DNA of 64,000 bases, from NCBI GenBank assembly GCA_009691445.1, contig SICL01000005.1, positions 2,446 through 66,445 on the forward strand, read 5' to 3'. Made by a program: the position numbers and the translations under genes. A model generated the notes under the pieces. The model saw nothing but the letters and a program-made list of their open reading frames with translations. It did no database searches and had not been told where the DNA came from. The stretch comes from Candidatus Taenariivivens baikalensis. GTDB taxonomy: Bacteria > Omnitrophota > Omnitrophia > Omnitrophales > Aquincolibacteriaceae. Of this stretch, positions 1 to 8,578 are shown piece by piece (the first letter of the stretch is position 1; the number at the start of each line of letters is the position of its first letter).

Positions 1-724
1 TCGCCCGCTTCATGAGTGCGAAATCTTCCAAGTATTGATCAAAGACATTTTCGTGGCCGCCGATGCGCTGGTGGAGCTCAGCGCGCATTAAAATATACTG
101 GCCGTTGGCAAAAGACAGCCCGGAATCCGGAGAATTGATTTGATCCATCGGAAACCAAAGCCCCATAAATCCCATGATGCAAGGCTGCAGCACATTTTCT
201 AAAAAACCTCCGGTCAGGCATTTGGGCAGAAGAGTCAGGAAGGATAGCTTCCTGGACTCGGCGTGGGAAACCGCCGAAGAGATTGAGCTGGATTGGTGCC
301 GCGTATCCGCGTCCGTAAAAAGATACCAATCCCCTTGGGTCAGATTCATGGCGGAATGAATTGCAAAATTCTTGCCAGTCCAGCCGCTGGGTGTGGGAGA
401 GACGTTGACGTAGCGAATTCTGGCGCCAAAGGACTTCAGAATTTCTTCGGTGGTGTCTGTGGAGCTGTCATTGGCGACGATGATTTCATAATTTTGATAA
501 TCCTGGGCAAGAAGGGATGTCAGGCATTCTCTAATATTGCGTGCTTCGTTTTTAGCCGGGATGATGACTGAGACAAGGGACTGAGGGGCAGGCAGGGACC
601 GTAGGAGGGGATGGATAAAGGGGGCATTTTTAATGGTGGCCATTGCCCGATGGCTTCTCCAAGCCCAAACATAGGCGAGAAAGATAAGATACCAGATTCT
701 GATGTCGGATAAAAAAAAGGTCAT
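1..724 (-). CDS. Family 2 glycosyltransferase (partial). The C-terminus lies beyond the window start.
   Basis: Reverse-strand translation from the ATG at 724 reads MTFFLSDIRIWYLIFLAY...VSVIIPAKNEARNIRECLTSLLAQDYQNYEIIVANDSSTDTTEEIL...DWYLFTDADT...ANGQYILMRAELHQRIGGHE. Typical GT2 motifs are present (IIPAKNE, DxD-like DADT, ANGQ-ILxR). The ORF is absent from the ORF track because it has no stop inside the window. Confidence 0.6.
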   Translation of the reverse strand, partial: MTFFLSDIRIWYLIFLAYVWAWRSHRAMATIKNAPFIHPLLRSLPAPQSLVSVIIPAKNEARNIRECLTSLLAQDYQNYEIIVANDSSTDTTEEILKSFGARIRYVNVSPTPSGWTGKNFAIHSAMNLTQGDWYLFTDADTRHQSSSISSAVSHAESRKLSFLTLLPKCLTGGFLENVLQPCIMGFMGLWFPMDQINSPDSGLSFANGQYILMRAELHQRIGGHENVFDQYLEDFALMKRA

Positions 725-773
725 GAAACGGATCATAGCATGACATTTTTGAAACGGGTTTGATTTTTGGACA

Positions 774-804
774 TAAAAAAAACCCCTGTCCGTGAGGACA
801 GGGG
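774..804 (-). terminator. Rho-independent terminator downstream of csp.
   Basis: Stem CCCCTGTCC / GGACAGGGG (783-791 / 796-804) has an A-run on the plus strand at 774-782, which is the T-run on the minus strand. Confidence 0.6.
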
Positions 805-822
805 TCTTTTCAGCAAAAACAA

Positions 823-1029
823 TTAACGTGCTTTTACAACGTTAGCTGCTTGATCGCCTTTAGGTCCTTGAACGGTATCGAAGTTGACAATGTCACCTTC
901 GTTTAAGGATTTATATCCTTCGCCCGTAATTGCGGAATGATGAACAAACACATCCTTACCGCCGTTATCGGGAGCGATGAATCCAAATCCCTTTTCGTTA
1001 TTGAACCACTTAACTGTACCTTGTCCCAT
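823..1029 (-). CDS. Cold-shock protein, CspA family.
   Basis: [34 protein letters not shown]...[14 protein letters not shown] carries the RNP1/RNP2 cold-shock domain signature. The ORF-track start at 1080 adds 17 unlikely residues, so the internal Met is preferred. Confidence 0.85.
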   Translation of the reverse strand: MGQGTVKWFNNEKGFGFIAPDNGGKDVFVHHSAITGEGYKSLNEGDIVNFDTVQGPKGDQAANVVKAR

Positions 1030-1066
1030 AATCAGTTTATCCTTTCTCGTGAATCGACAGCCATAC

Positions 1067-1097
1067 AAAAAAAACCGCAAGCGCTTTATGCTTGCGG
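1067..1097 (-). terminator. Hairpin followed by a T-run (minus-strand sense).
   Basis: CCGCAAGC / GCTTGCGG stem with an adjacent A-run on the plus strand at 1067-1074. It lies downstream of the CarD-like gene. Confidence 0.45.
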
Positions 1098-1300
1098 TTA
1101 TCCAACTTCACTTATAAGAGCTTGGTCGTTCACATGCATTTTTAAAACTGCGAGGAGTATATAAACAATCTCTCCGGATGTCAACAACCTTTTTAGTTTT
1201 ATTTAAAGGTGAGCTTCCATGATGAGGCCAAAGTATATAACTGAAGACATTGAATCAAGCCTTCGAGGATACAATCGTCAGTGAAAAACGTTCCTAACGA

Positions 1301-1846
1301 CTAGGATTCGTGGGCGCTTTCTAAGGCTGAAAGAACGAGGGAATTGACCTTTAAAGTGCGTTCAAGACTCTTTCTTATCTTCTCTGCAGCTTCCTGAGCG
1401 GTAATCTCAAATACAAAGGCAAGCTCCCTAACCAGTCCTTTCGCGGAACGGTGCAAGGTCTGACGCTTTTTCTGCTCTTTAGCCTGCATCTCATCACGAG
1501 AACAGGAGAGGAGGGACTGAGCTAAGGCCCAAGTCTGATTTTTTTCAGCAAAGACATTGAGGGTGGTGGGTTCGGCTTTTAAAGGCGTTGCGGTGACCTG
1601 CGACCGGGTGAGGTATTCAAGGATGGCATTGGCCTCCTTCAGGGAGACGGGAGTGTGAAAACCCGAGGCATAAACATCATCAGCGCCAATGACGAAACGA
1701 AGCTTCATCTGGCTGAAGAGTTTCGGTACAAGAGCGTAACGAAGCTTCTCTTTACCGGCTTCTTTTTCTTTGATAATTTCCTTGATGCAACAGAGGCCGT
1801 GAACGGAATGATAAAGCAAATCGCCGACTGATAGGGTTTTTGTCAT
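1301..1846 (-). CDS. CarD/CdnL/TRCF-family RNAP-interacting transcription regulator.
   Basis: N-terminal KTLSVGDLLYHSVHGLCCIKEI resembles the CdnL N-terminal Tudor-like domain (xKxGDxVVYPxHGVGxI). Length is 181 aa. Confidence 0.55.
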   Translation of the reverse strand: MTKTLSVGDLLYHSVHGLCCIKEIIKEKEAGKEKLRYALVPKLFSQMKLRFVIGADDVYASGFHTPVSLKEANAILEYLTRSQVTATPLKAEPTTLNVFAEKNQTWALAQSLLSCSRDEMQAKEQKKRQTLHRSAKGLVRELAFVFEITAQEAAEKIRKSLERTLKVNSLVLSALESAHES

Positions 1847-2068
1847 GCGACAGTATATCCTATGCTGTGAGAAAAAGGGGACTTATTTAAGGGGTTAAGA
1901 AAATGATCATTCTGAGAGCTCTGCTCTGCCGTAGAGAAGCCCTGGCCGACTCATATTGCAGGCGTGCGGGACACGTGCAACCCTTTTTGGCGAAGAAGGA
2001 TCTCTCATTAATCAGATTCCTCGATTCTCTCCGCTCACTCGGGATGAGGCCTCAGTTGTCGGGATAAA

Positions 2069-3352
2069 TTAGCGAGGCCGCAGTTTTCTCAGGACGCCCT
2101 GGAGGGCTTTCTCAAATCCCGTCAGCTCCTCATTAATAGGAAGGTAGGGCATCAGGGGGAGGACCAAAAGAGAGAAAAACGCTGACATCAGAATAAGCAT
2201 TTTCAGGCCCACAAGGGGAAAAAGGAGACCGCCGAGCGCGCTTGAACCCATCAAGCCTAAATTATAAAACGACATGAGGAAGGCAAAAGTCGTGGCCCCG
2301 GCATCTTGGGGGCAAACCTTGGCGGAAAGATTGAGGAGTGCAAGGAAGATAACGGTATTGAGGACGCCAAAAACAAAATTCGAAAGAAGGGCTAATGCCT
2401 TTAAGGCATGCGGGTGCTGGAGAAGATTCGGCAGGAAATAAATACCGTTGAAAAGAATAGCCCCGATGCCTGCAAAGACTGCCCCGATCAGAAACTTTCG
2501 GATTGGAATCCGAAGAATGAATTTTCCAAAAAGAAGGCCTCCCAAAAGCGAGCCGACGCTTGTCACGGCTTGAAGAATTCCAAAAAAAGAGCCACTGAAT
2601 TTTAGTGTATCCACCGAGTAATAAAAAAAAGGGGAACCAAATGAAGGAGAAAAGTTCCAGAAGAAAAGGAAAAGTGAGATGATCCAGATTTCTTTATTGA
2701 GCAAAAGGTTTTTAACTTTAAAAGTCCGCTGAGGGATGGCGGGTTGCTTTTCTTCTTGAACCCAAAGAGTCGAGACGATGATTGTGATAAGCGGGAACAG
2801 GGCGGTGATAAGGAAAATTCGGTTGTAGGAAAGCAGCCCCTTGCGTGCCAGGTCCGAAACATAACCGCCTCCAACGGCGGTGATGATCATGGCGGCATAG
2901 ACTGAGCACCACTGGATGGATTGAAATTGTCCGGTCAGATTTGACGATTTACCCACATCGATCATGAGACCGTCGATAACGACATCTTGAAACGCATAAC
3001 CCAGATAAGCGATGGAAACGATTCCCAGCAAAATCGGAAAGGTCAAGGTGTGAATCATGGCAAGTCCGATCCAGCTAAACAGCGCTAACCCGGAGGTGAT
3101 CAGAAGATAGGGTTTTCTTTTGAATCCTCCGATAGGAAACGAGTCGGAGATGAAACCCCAGAAGGGTTTGACGACCCACGCTAAAAGAGTGAGGGCTTGA
3201 AAATAGGCTAATCCAGCGGCGCTTAAGTGCATTCGGTCTTTTAGAATAAAGTTGATCGAAAGGTTTGGCAGACCGGCTAGTCCGTTGAGGGAAAAAAAAT
3301 AAACGACGGCAAAGACGGCGGACAGACGAACGAATTTTTTATTCATGGCCAT
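2069..3352 (-). CDS. MFS transporter, folate-biopterin transporter (BT1) family.
   Basis: About 12 predicted TM helices. VVKPFWGFISDSFPIGGFKRKPYLL matches the BT1-family W-x-x-KP-x-W-G-x-x-S-D signature. Confidence 0.6.
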   Translation of the reverse strand: MAMNKKFVRLSAVFAVVYFFSLNGLAGLPNLSINFILKDRMHLSAAGLAYFQALTLLAWVVKPFWGFISDSFPIGGFKRKPYLLITSGLALFSWIGLAMIHTLTFPILLGIVSIAYLGYAFQDVVIDGLMIDVGKSSNLTGQFQSIQWCSVYAAMIITAVGGGYVSDLARKGLLSYNRIFLITALFPLITIIVSTLWVQEEKQPAIPQRTFKVKNLLLNKEIWIISLFLFFWNFSPSFGSPFFYYSVDTLKFSGSFFGILQAVTSVGSLLGGLLFGKFILRIPIRKFLIGAVFAGIGAILFNGIYFLPNLLQHPHALKALALLSNFVFGVLNTVIFLALLNLSAKVCPQDAGATTFAFLMSFYNLGLMGSSALGGLLFPLVGLKMLILMSAFFSLLVLPLMPYLPINEELTGFEKALQGVLRKLRPR

Positions 3353-3376
3353 CCGGAAAGAACAGGCGATAAGTTT

Positions 3377-3417
3377 AAAATAAAACAGGACACAGGCCGT
3401 TGATTACGGACCTGTGC
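3377..3417 (-). terminator. Imperfect hairpin plus T-run (minus-strand sense).
   Basis: CACAGGCCGT / ACGGACCTGTG stem with one bulge, followed on the minus strand by TTTTATTTT. It lies downstream of the 3444..3818 gene. Confidence 0.45.
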
Positions 3418-3443
3418 CCTATTTTGTTTTGACACGAGCTTTG

Positions 3444-3818
3444 TTAGTTAGACTTTTTTTCTGTAGATCCGCTTTCAGCAGCAACATTCGTGTTTGTCGA
3501 GGTGGTATCCAATGCTTCATCGGGCGCTTGAAGGTCAGGATCATATTCATCCGAAGGATTATACTCTTCCTGATCGTCTTGATCTTCGTCGTCCATGTCG
3601 TCATCTCCGTCCGTGATTTCGTCATCTGCGGCGGCGTATTTGTCCAGGTTCTCATCATATTCCATGTCAGACAGCTTAGGCGAGGCGTCCTTGTCTTCTG
3701 AAAGCTTTGCTCCATTATCTTTGCCCGGCTCTTCTCCGGCGTAGGAGAAAACAGGATGAATGCCCAAGGTTATCATTAAAAAAAGGATTCCGAGCAGCAG
3801 CCTCTGTAAAGTTCGCAT
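3444..3818 (-). CDS. Secreted, highly acidic low-complexity protein (hypothetical).
   Basis: Signal-peptide-like N-terminus (LLLGILFLMITLGIHPVFSYA) followed by a D/E-rich tail (DDEITDGDDDMDDEDQDDQEEY). Confidence 0.45.
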   Translation of the reverse strand: MRTLQRLLLGILFLMITLGIHPVFSYAGEEPGKDNGAKLSEDKDASPKLSDMEYDENLDKYAAADDEITDGDDDMDDEDQDDQEEYNPSDEYDPDLQAPDEALDTTSTNTNVAAESGSTEKKSN

Positions 3819-4049
3819 AAAAACACTCCTTTTAATTGGTGAGATAAGACATTTGGTAGGTCATTGTAATGGGTATGGGCTTTTGACTCAATATCGATTT
3901 TGAAGAAGACAAGTTGCGGAGAGACACCCGAACATGATTCTCTTTGACGTGTATCTCATTCGAGGTGACAATACCAAAACAATCAGGGCTGTGTTTGTTT
4001 TAATTTAAGACAGAAGAAAAATAACACCGGGGAAATAAAAATAAATTTC

Positions 4050-5057
4050 ATGCGAATTTTTTTTAAAAACTTTGCAATTATTTTCATTTCTTTGGGACTC
4101 GCAGGGCTTCCGGCCGAAGCCCTTTACCGCGCTTTCAAAGTAAATCTGTACAAGAGGGCTTGTTCCAAACCCACCACGGACGGTGATATTTACATGCTTC
4201 AGCCGGGGCAGGGATTTGTCTATTCTCTCCGACCTTTCTTGAATCGGGATCACGTCCGTGGCCGAAAGGAAACTCCGTGGTCGTTTACAACAAATTCACA
4301 CGGATTCCGTGGCCCTGAAATTGGCAGGAAACAGCAGGGTTCAGAGCGTCTTCTGATTCTGGGTGATTCCAATACTTTTGGATGGGCCGAGAGCTATAAA
4401 AAAACATTCCCCTATTTGCTTTCAAAAAAAACGGGAACGGGAGCGCTCATAGAAGTCATTAATGCCGGAATTCCGGGGTACAACACGGTGCAGGAGTTTT
4501 CTTTACTCCGTGAAATTCACGACAAGATTTTGCCGGACAAAGTGATTCTTGTTTTTTCCACGAATGATGCTGAGCCTCAGCACACAGTGCCTTCCGATCC
4601 GCATGAAATTTACCGGTTTGTCCCTTCCTGGCTTTGGGAAGACCTTAAGGAGGCTGTGAATCAAAACCTGCTTCCCGGGGACCCTTTGCCGGTCTATCAA
4701 TATCGGCATAGCGCGGATTATCTGGCCCAGTTTGAATTTAACAGACACAAGCGGGAAGAATGCCGCAAGGCGATGGATCAGATGGCTGCTTTTTGCCAAA
4801 GCCGTAAGATTCCTTTTTATGTTTTTATTCCGCCGGACTTTAATGAGACGATTGATGCTTCCTACCGTGCTGCCTCAATTCATAAACAGGTGAGCGAGTG
4901 GGGAAGGGATTCGGGATTCAAGGTGACGGATCTTTTACCGGAATTTCTGGGTCTTCAGCGCGAAGATCTCAGAGTTGCCGGCGATGGGCATCCCAATGCC
5001 AAAGCACATGAATTGATTGCGAATAGAATTCACGAGGTTTTACTCGCAGACAAGTGA
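4050..5057 (+). CDS. SGNH/GDSL-family hydrolase with a signal peptide.
   Basis: LLILGDSNTFGW is the GDS(N) block I. DGHPNAKAHELIA is the DxxH block V. An N-terminal hydrophobic leader is present. Confidence 0.7.
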   Translation: MRIFFKNFAIIFISLGLAGLPAEALYRAFKVNLYKRACSKPTTDGDIYMLQPGQGFVYSLRPFLNRDHVRGRKETPWSFTTNSHGFRGPEIGRKQQGSERLLILGDSNTFGWAESYKKTFPYLLSKKTGTGALIEVINAGIPGYNTVQEFSLLREIHDKILPDKVILVFSTNDAEPQHTVPSDPHEIYRFVPSWLWEDLKEAVNQNLLPGDPLPVYQYRHSADYLAQFEFNRHKREECRKAMDQMAAFCQSRKIPFYVFIPPDFNETIDASYRAASIHKQVSEWGRDSGFKVTDLLPEFLGLQREDLRVAGDGHPNAKAHELIANRIHEVLLADK

Positions 5058-5068
5058 TTAAAATAAAA

Positions 5069-5101
5069 ATTGCCAAGATCCGATGATCTTGGCAATTTTT
5101 A
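5069..5101 (+). terminator. Rho-independent terminator.
   Basis: Perfect 12-bp stem ATTGCCAAGATC / GATCTTGGCAAT followed by TTTTT, immediately after the SGNH stop. Confidence 0.8.
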
Positions 5102-5184
5102 TGGTCGGGGCGTCCGTTACTAAAGCTTTGGCGACCTGTCCGCCAACGAATTAATGGCGGACGATAACCAGTATGCAAAATTCA

Positions 5185-5259
5185 TCGGGGCGAAAGGATT
5201 TGAACCTTCGACCCCCTGCACCCCAAGCAGGTGCGCTAGCCAGGCTGCGCTACGCCCCG
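5185..5259 (-). tRNA. tRNA-Pro, anticodon GGG.
   Basis: Reverse complement folds as a cloverleaf. Acceptor CGGGGCG/CGCCCCG, D-stem GCGC/GCGC, anticodon stem CCTGC/GCAGG with loop TTGGGGT (anticodon GGG), T-arm GAAGG-TTCAAAT-CCTTT, discriminator A. CCA is not encoded. Confidence 0.85.
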
Positions 5260-5458
5260 ACGAATTTTGCGGACAACAACCTATCAATCAATTGATTTTA
5301 AGAGCCCAAAGTCTAACAAATTATTTTCTGATTGTCACTCCTGATTAAACACGGATCAAATTTGCTCTGTCCGCGCTTTACAAAATCCGGTGCTCCTGCT
5401 ACTCTTTCGCTTCCGAACTCACTGATATCGATTGTTAATCCTGTTGATCGAGAGTTGA

Positions 5459-5779
5459 ATGATGATGAATAAAAGCAGCCTTCTTACTGTTCTTGCGCGC
5501 CTTCAAGCTAAGCCTGGGAAAGAATCAGAGCTGAGGCAAGCCCTTTTAGGTTTAATCAATCCTACGCGTTTGGAACCGGGCTGTGTACGCTATGATCTTC
5601 ATGAGTCCAATGAGAAACCGGGACTTTTTTTCTTTTATGAAATCTGGAAAAGCTCGCAGGCTCTCGCTCAGCATTTTGAAACGCATCATCTTCGGGACAT
5701 GCAAAAAAAAGCGCCTGAACTTTTGTCGGAGCCGCTTGACCTCCAGTATCTTTCCATGATCAGCCCGGCAAAAGAATAA
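5459..5779 (+). CDS. Antibiotic-biosynthesis-monooxygenase (ABM) family protein.
   Basis: About 100 aa. The ferredoxin-like ABM pattern ...PGCVRYDLHESNEKPGLFFFYEIWKSSQALAQHFETHH... is present. Confidence 0.55.
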   Translation: MMMNKSSLLTVLARLQAKPGKESELRQALLGLINPTRLEPGCVRYDLHESNEKPGLFFFYEIWKSSQALAQHFETHHLRDMQKKAPELLSEPLDLQYLSMISPAKE

Positions 5780-5794
5780 AGGGAAAGACGGAGT

Positions 5795-5983
5795 ATGATT
5801 GAAGAAGATTATCCATTCCCGTGCCCGCATTGCGGAGTGGATCTTAGCACCCGGCTTGACAAGAGTGGCGGTTCGAAACAGAAGTTTGTCCAGGACTGCG
5901 AAGTGTGCTGCAGGCCGATTCAAATCGAGGTCTGGTTTAAAGGCGATGAGGTCATTTACTTTTCTGCCGAAGTTGGCGAATAG
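5795..5983 (+). CDS. Cysteine-rich CPXCG family small protein.
   Basis: CPHCG ... CEVCCRP motifs are characteristic of the CPXCG zinc-ribbon-like family. Confidence 0.5.
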   Translation: MIEEDYPFPCPHCGVDLSTRLDKSGGSKQKFVQDCEVCCRPIQIEVWFKGDEVIYFSAEVGE

Positions 5984-5992
5984 GATCAAATT

Positions 5993-6205
5993 ATGAACGA
6001 GATTCGTTTCACACTCACGACTGAATTCATTGAACTCTTTAAGCTTTTGAAAATCACCGGTCTTTGCGAAAGCGGCGGCTCGGCCAAATATGCGGTCTCC
6101 GAATCACTTGTCCAGGTGGACGGCAAGGTTGAGCTACGCAAAGCTTTCAAAGTGCGCACGGGCATGCGAATCGATTTTTCAGGGCAGTGCATCTTCGTGG
6201 ATTGA
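5993..6205 (+). CDS. S4-domain RNA-binding protein, YbcJ-like.
   Basis: 70 aa. GLCESGGSAKYAVSESLVQVDGKVELRKAFKVRTGMRI matches the YbcJ-type S4 fold. Confidence 0.6.
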   Translation: MNEIRFTLTTEFIELFKLLKITGLCESGGSAKYAVSESLVQVDGKVELRKAFKVRTGMRIDFSGQCIFVD

Positions 6206-6342
6206 TTTTTCTTTTTTTGACTCTTGACCCAAGATCGTTCATAATCCGGCCCGCCACTAAAGCATTGGCGGGCAGGTCCGCGTCCCTCGAATCTTCCAGG
6301 TTTGATGAAGCGTTCTAAATCATTCTATTTTAAGGAAACCAA

Positions 6343-8253
6343 ATGGCACTTATCAGTTTGCAGGATATTTCACTTGCGATGGGCGGACCGCTTCTTTTTG
6401 ATCAGATGAATCTCCAGCTGGAGCAGGGAGAGCGCGTAGCCCTGCTGGGCCGTAATGGCGTTGGCAAGACTACATTAATGAGAGTGATGTCCGGCCAGCT
6501 CAAAGTTGATTCTGGCGAAGTGGTGTATCAACGGGGAATCCGCGTCACGCATCTGGCGCAGGAAGTTCCGGCGGACATCACCGGCACGGTCTTTGATGTG
6601 GTGCTCTCGGGTCTTGGAGACCGCGTCAAACTTTTGAGCGATTATCATCACGTCAATCACCGCCTTCAAACCGAATACTCCGATCAGCTCATGCGGCAAC
6701 TGGGAGCTTTACATGAGGAAATGGATCATCACAATGCGTGGGAGACCAACAGTCAGGTTGAGGATGTGATTGCTCACATGAAGCTTGATCCGGAAAGCAA
6801 TTTCGAAGAATTGTCCGGAGGTCAAAAGAAACGTGCGCTTTTAGCCAAGGCACTGGTTCTGAAACCTGAAATCCTGCTTCTGGATGAACCGACCAATCAT
6901 CTGGATATTGATTCCATTGACTGGCTGGAAGGTTTTTTAAAGGAATATCCGGGCACGATTTTTTTTGTGACGCATGACCGCACGTTCATGACGCATCTGG
7001 CTACGAGAATCACGGAACTCGACCGCGGCAAACTTTTCAGCTGGACCTGCGATTATCCGACCTTTCTGGAACGCAAGCAGGCGGCTTTAGATGCCGAGGC
7101 TGTGGCGCGCGCGCTCTTTGATAAAAAACTGGCGCAGGAAGAAGTCTGGATCCGCCAGGGCATCAAGGCACGGCGTACGCGCAATCAGGGTCGCGTGGTG
7201 GCGCTTGAAAAACTGAGAATTCAAAAGAAAGAACAGCGCCAGTTGATGGGTAAAGTGAAGATGCAAGTCCAGGAGGCTGACCGTTCAGGCCAGCTTGTGA
7301 GCAAGGCCGAGCATCTCAGTCACGCGTACGGAGAGAAACGGCTGATCCGGAATTTCACCGGTGAGATTATGCGCGGGGACAAGATCGGCGTCATTGGGCC
7401 CAATGGAAGCGGAAAAACCACATTGCTCCGGATTCTTCTGGGAGAAATCCAGCCGCAAAAAGGAACCGTGCGTCTTGGCACCAATCTCCAGATTGCGTAT
7501 TACGATCAGCTGCGCGAACAACTGGATGAAAACAAATCCGTGATTGAAAATATCTGTGACGGTGGAGACACGGTCCTGGTTCAGGGAAAGCCGCGCAATG
7601 TCATCGGTTATCTCCAGGATTTTCTTTTTGCTCCGGAACGCGCCCGTACTCCGGTCAAGGTTTTGTCCGGCGGAGAACGTAACCGCCTTTTTCTCGCGCG
7701 GCTTTTTGCCAAGCCTTCGAATTTACTCGTAATGGATGAACCGACCAATGATCTGGATGTCGAAACACTGGAACTTCTGGAAGAACTGCTTATTGATTAT
7801 TCAGGGACACTGCTTTTGGTCAGTCATGATCGTTCGTTTCTCAATAATGTGGTGACGTCCACGATTGTTCTGGAGGGGGACGGCGCGGTCTATGAATATG
7901 CCGGCGGATATGATGATTGGCTCATGCAGCGTCGGGGAAAAAGTGAGATGATGAAGCTCCCGGAGACAACAGTGATCAAAAAAAAGCCGGAACCTCCCAA
8001 ACCTTCTTCCGCGGCAAAAACGGAAAAGTTTTCGCCTCAGGACCAGCGCGAACTAACAAAAATCCCCGGTGAGATTGAAAAACTTGAGGCAGAGCAGGTC
8101 AAACTTTACAGCGTGATGTCCGATCCCTCCTTTTATCAAAAAAACTCCACTGAAATGTCCCAAACTCAGTCCCAAGCCGATGCCCTCGCTCAAAAACTCA
8201 TGACTTTCTATCAGCGCTGGGAACACCTTGAAGCCCTGAAAAAACAGGGATGA
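6343..8253 (+). CDS. ABC-F family ATPase (two tandem ABC domains plus a C-terminal coiled-coil, Uup-like).
   Basis: Two Walker A sites (GRNGVGKTT, GPNGSGKTT), two LSGGQ/LSGGE signatures, two Walker B sites (LLLDEPTNHLD, LVMDEPTNDLD), a K/E-rich linker and a C-terminal coiled-coil. No membrane domain. Confidence 0.85.
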   Translation: MALISLQDISLAMGGPLLFDQMNLQLEQGERVALLGRNGVGKTTLMRVMSGQLKVDSGEVVYQRGIRVTHLAQEVPADITGTVFDVVLSGLGDRVKLLSDYHHVNHRLQTEYSDQLMRQLGALHEEMDHHNAWETNSQVEDVIAHMKLDPESNFEELSGGQKKRALLAKALVLKPEILLLDEPTNHLDIDSIDWLEGFLKEYPGTIFFVTHDRTFMTHLATRITELDRGKLFSWTCDYPTFLERKQAALDAEAVARALFDKKLAQEEVWIRQGIKARRTRNQGRVVALEKLRIQKKEQRQLMGKVKMQVQEADRSGQLVSKAEHLSHAYGEKRLIRNFTGEIMRGDKIGVIGPNGSGKTTLLRILLGEIQPQKGTVRLGTNLQIAYYDQLREQLDENKSVIENICDGGDTVLVQGKPRNVIGYLQDFLFAPERARTPVKVLSGGERNRLFLARLFAKPSNLLVMDEPTNDLDVETLELLEELLIDYSGTLLLVSHDRSFLNNVVTSTIVLEGDGAVYEYAGGYDDWLMQRRGKSEMMKLPETTVIKKKPEPPKPSSAAKTEKFSPQDQRELTKIPGEIEKLEAEQVKLYSVMSDPSFYQKNSTEMSQTQSQADALAQKLMTFYQRWEHLEALKKQG

Positions 8254-8301
8254 GGCGCGAGTTTGATGGGATTTAAGGTTTGAGTTTTTTAAAGTAATGG
8301 T

Positions 8302-8511
8302 TTGAAATCCTCACAGGTCATTCTCAGCACGTTTGTTGAATTCGAGATCAGAAAAGCCGCTAAGGCTTTTCCGGCCCTGATTTTGACGGGGCCGCGGCGT
8401 TCTGGGAAAACAACGCTGCTTCGCCGCGTCTTTCCCAAGGCTTCCTATTTCTTTTTTGAAGACCCTGATCTGGTTTCGCGCTTTCGCTCTGACCCGCTCG
8501 CAGTTTTTTAA
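8302..8511 (+). pseudogene. N-terminal remnant of an AAA_14/DUF4143-type ATPase.
   Basis: ALILTGPRRSGKTTLL is the P-loop at the very N-terminus of roughly 390-aa AAA_14 proteins. The ORF stops after 69 aa and no continuation is found in any frame before 8579. Confidence 0.4.
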
Positions 8512-8578
8512 AAAGGCGTTTAACTAAGAGCTTCTTTACTTTCATAAATGACAAAATGCCCTTATACTACCGCGCAAT

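Noticed and set aside
78-329. ORF 78..329(-) and an apparent frameshift in the glycosyltransferase at the window start.
   Set aside because: Careful re-translation shows the GT2 frame is continuous from 724 down to position 1 (DWYLFTDADT...ANGQYILMRAELHQRIGGHE). The 78..329 ORF is an alternative frame of the same DNA, and my initial frameshift came from a dropped base when joining lines.
5185-5259. Missing CCA at the tRNA-Pro 3-prime end as evidence of a pseudo-tRNA.
   Set aside because: The cloverleaf is otherwise canonical with no mismatches in the stems. Many bacterial tRNA genes lack an encoded CCA, which is added post-transcriptionally.
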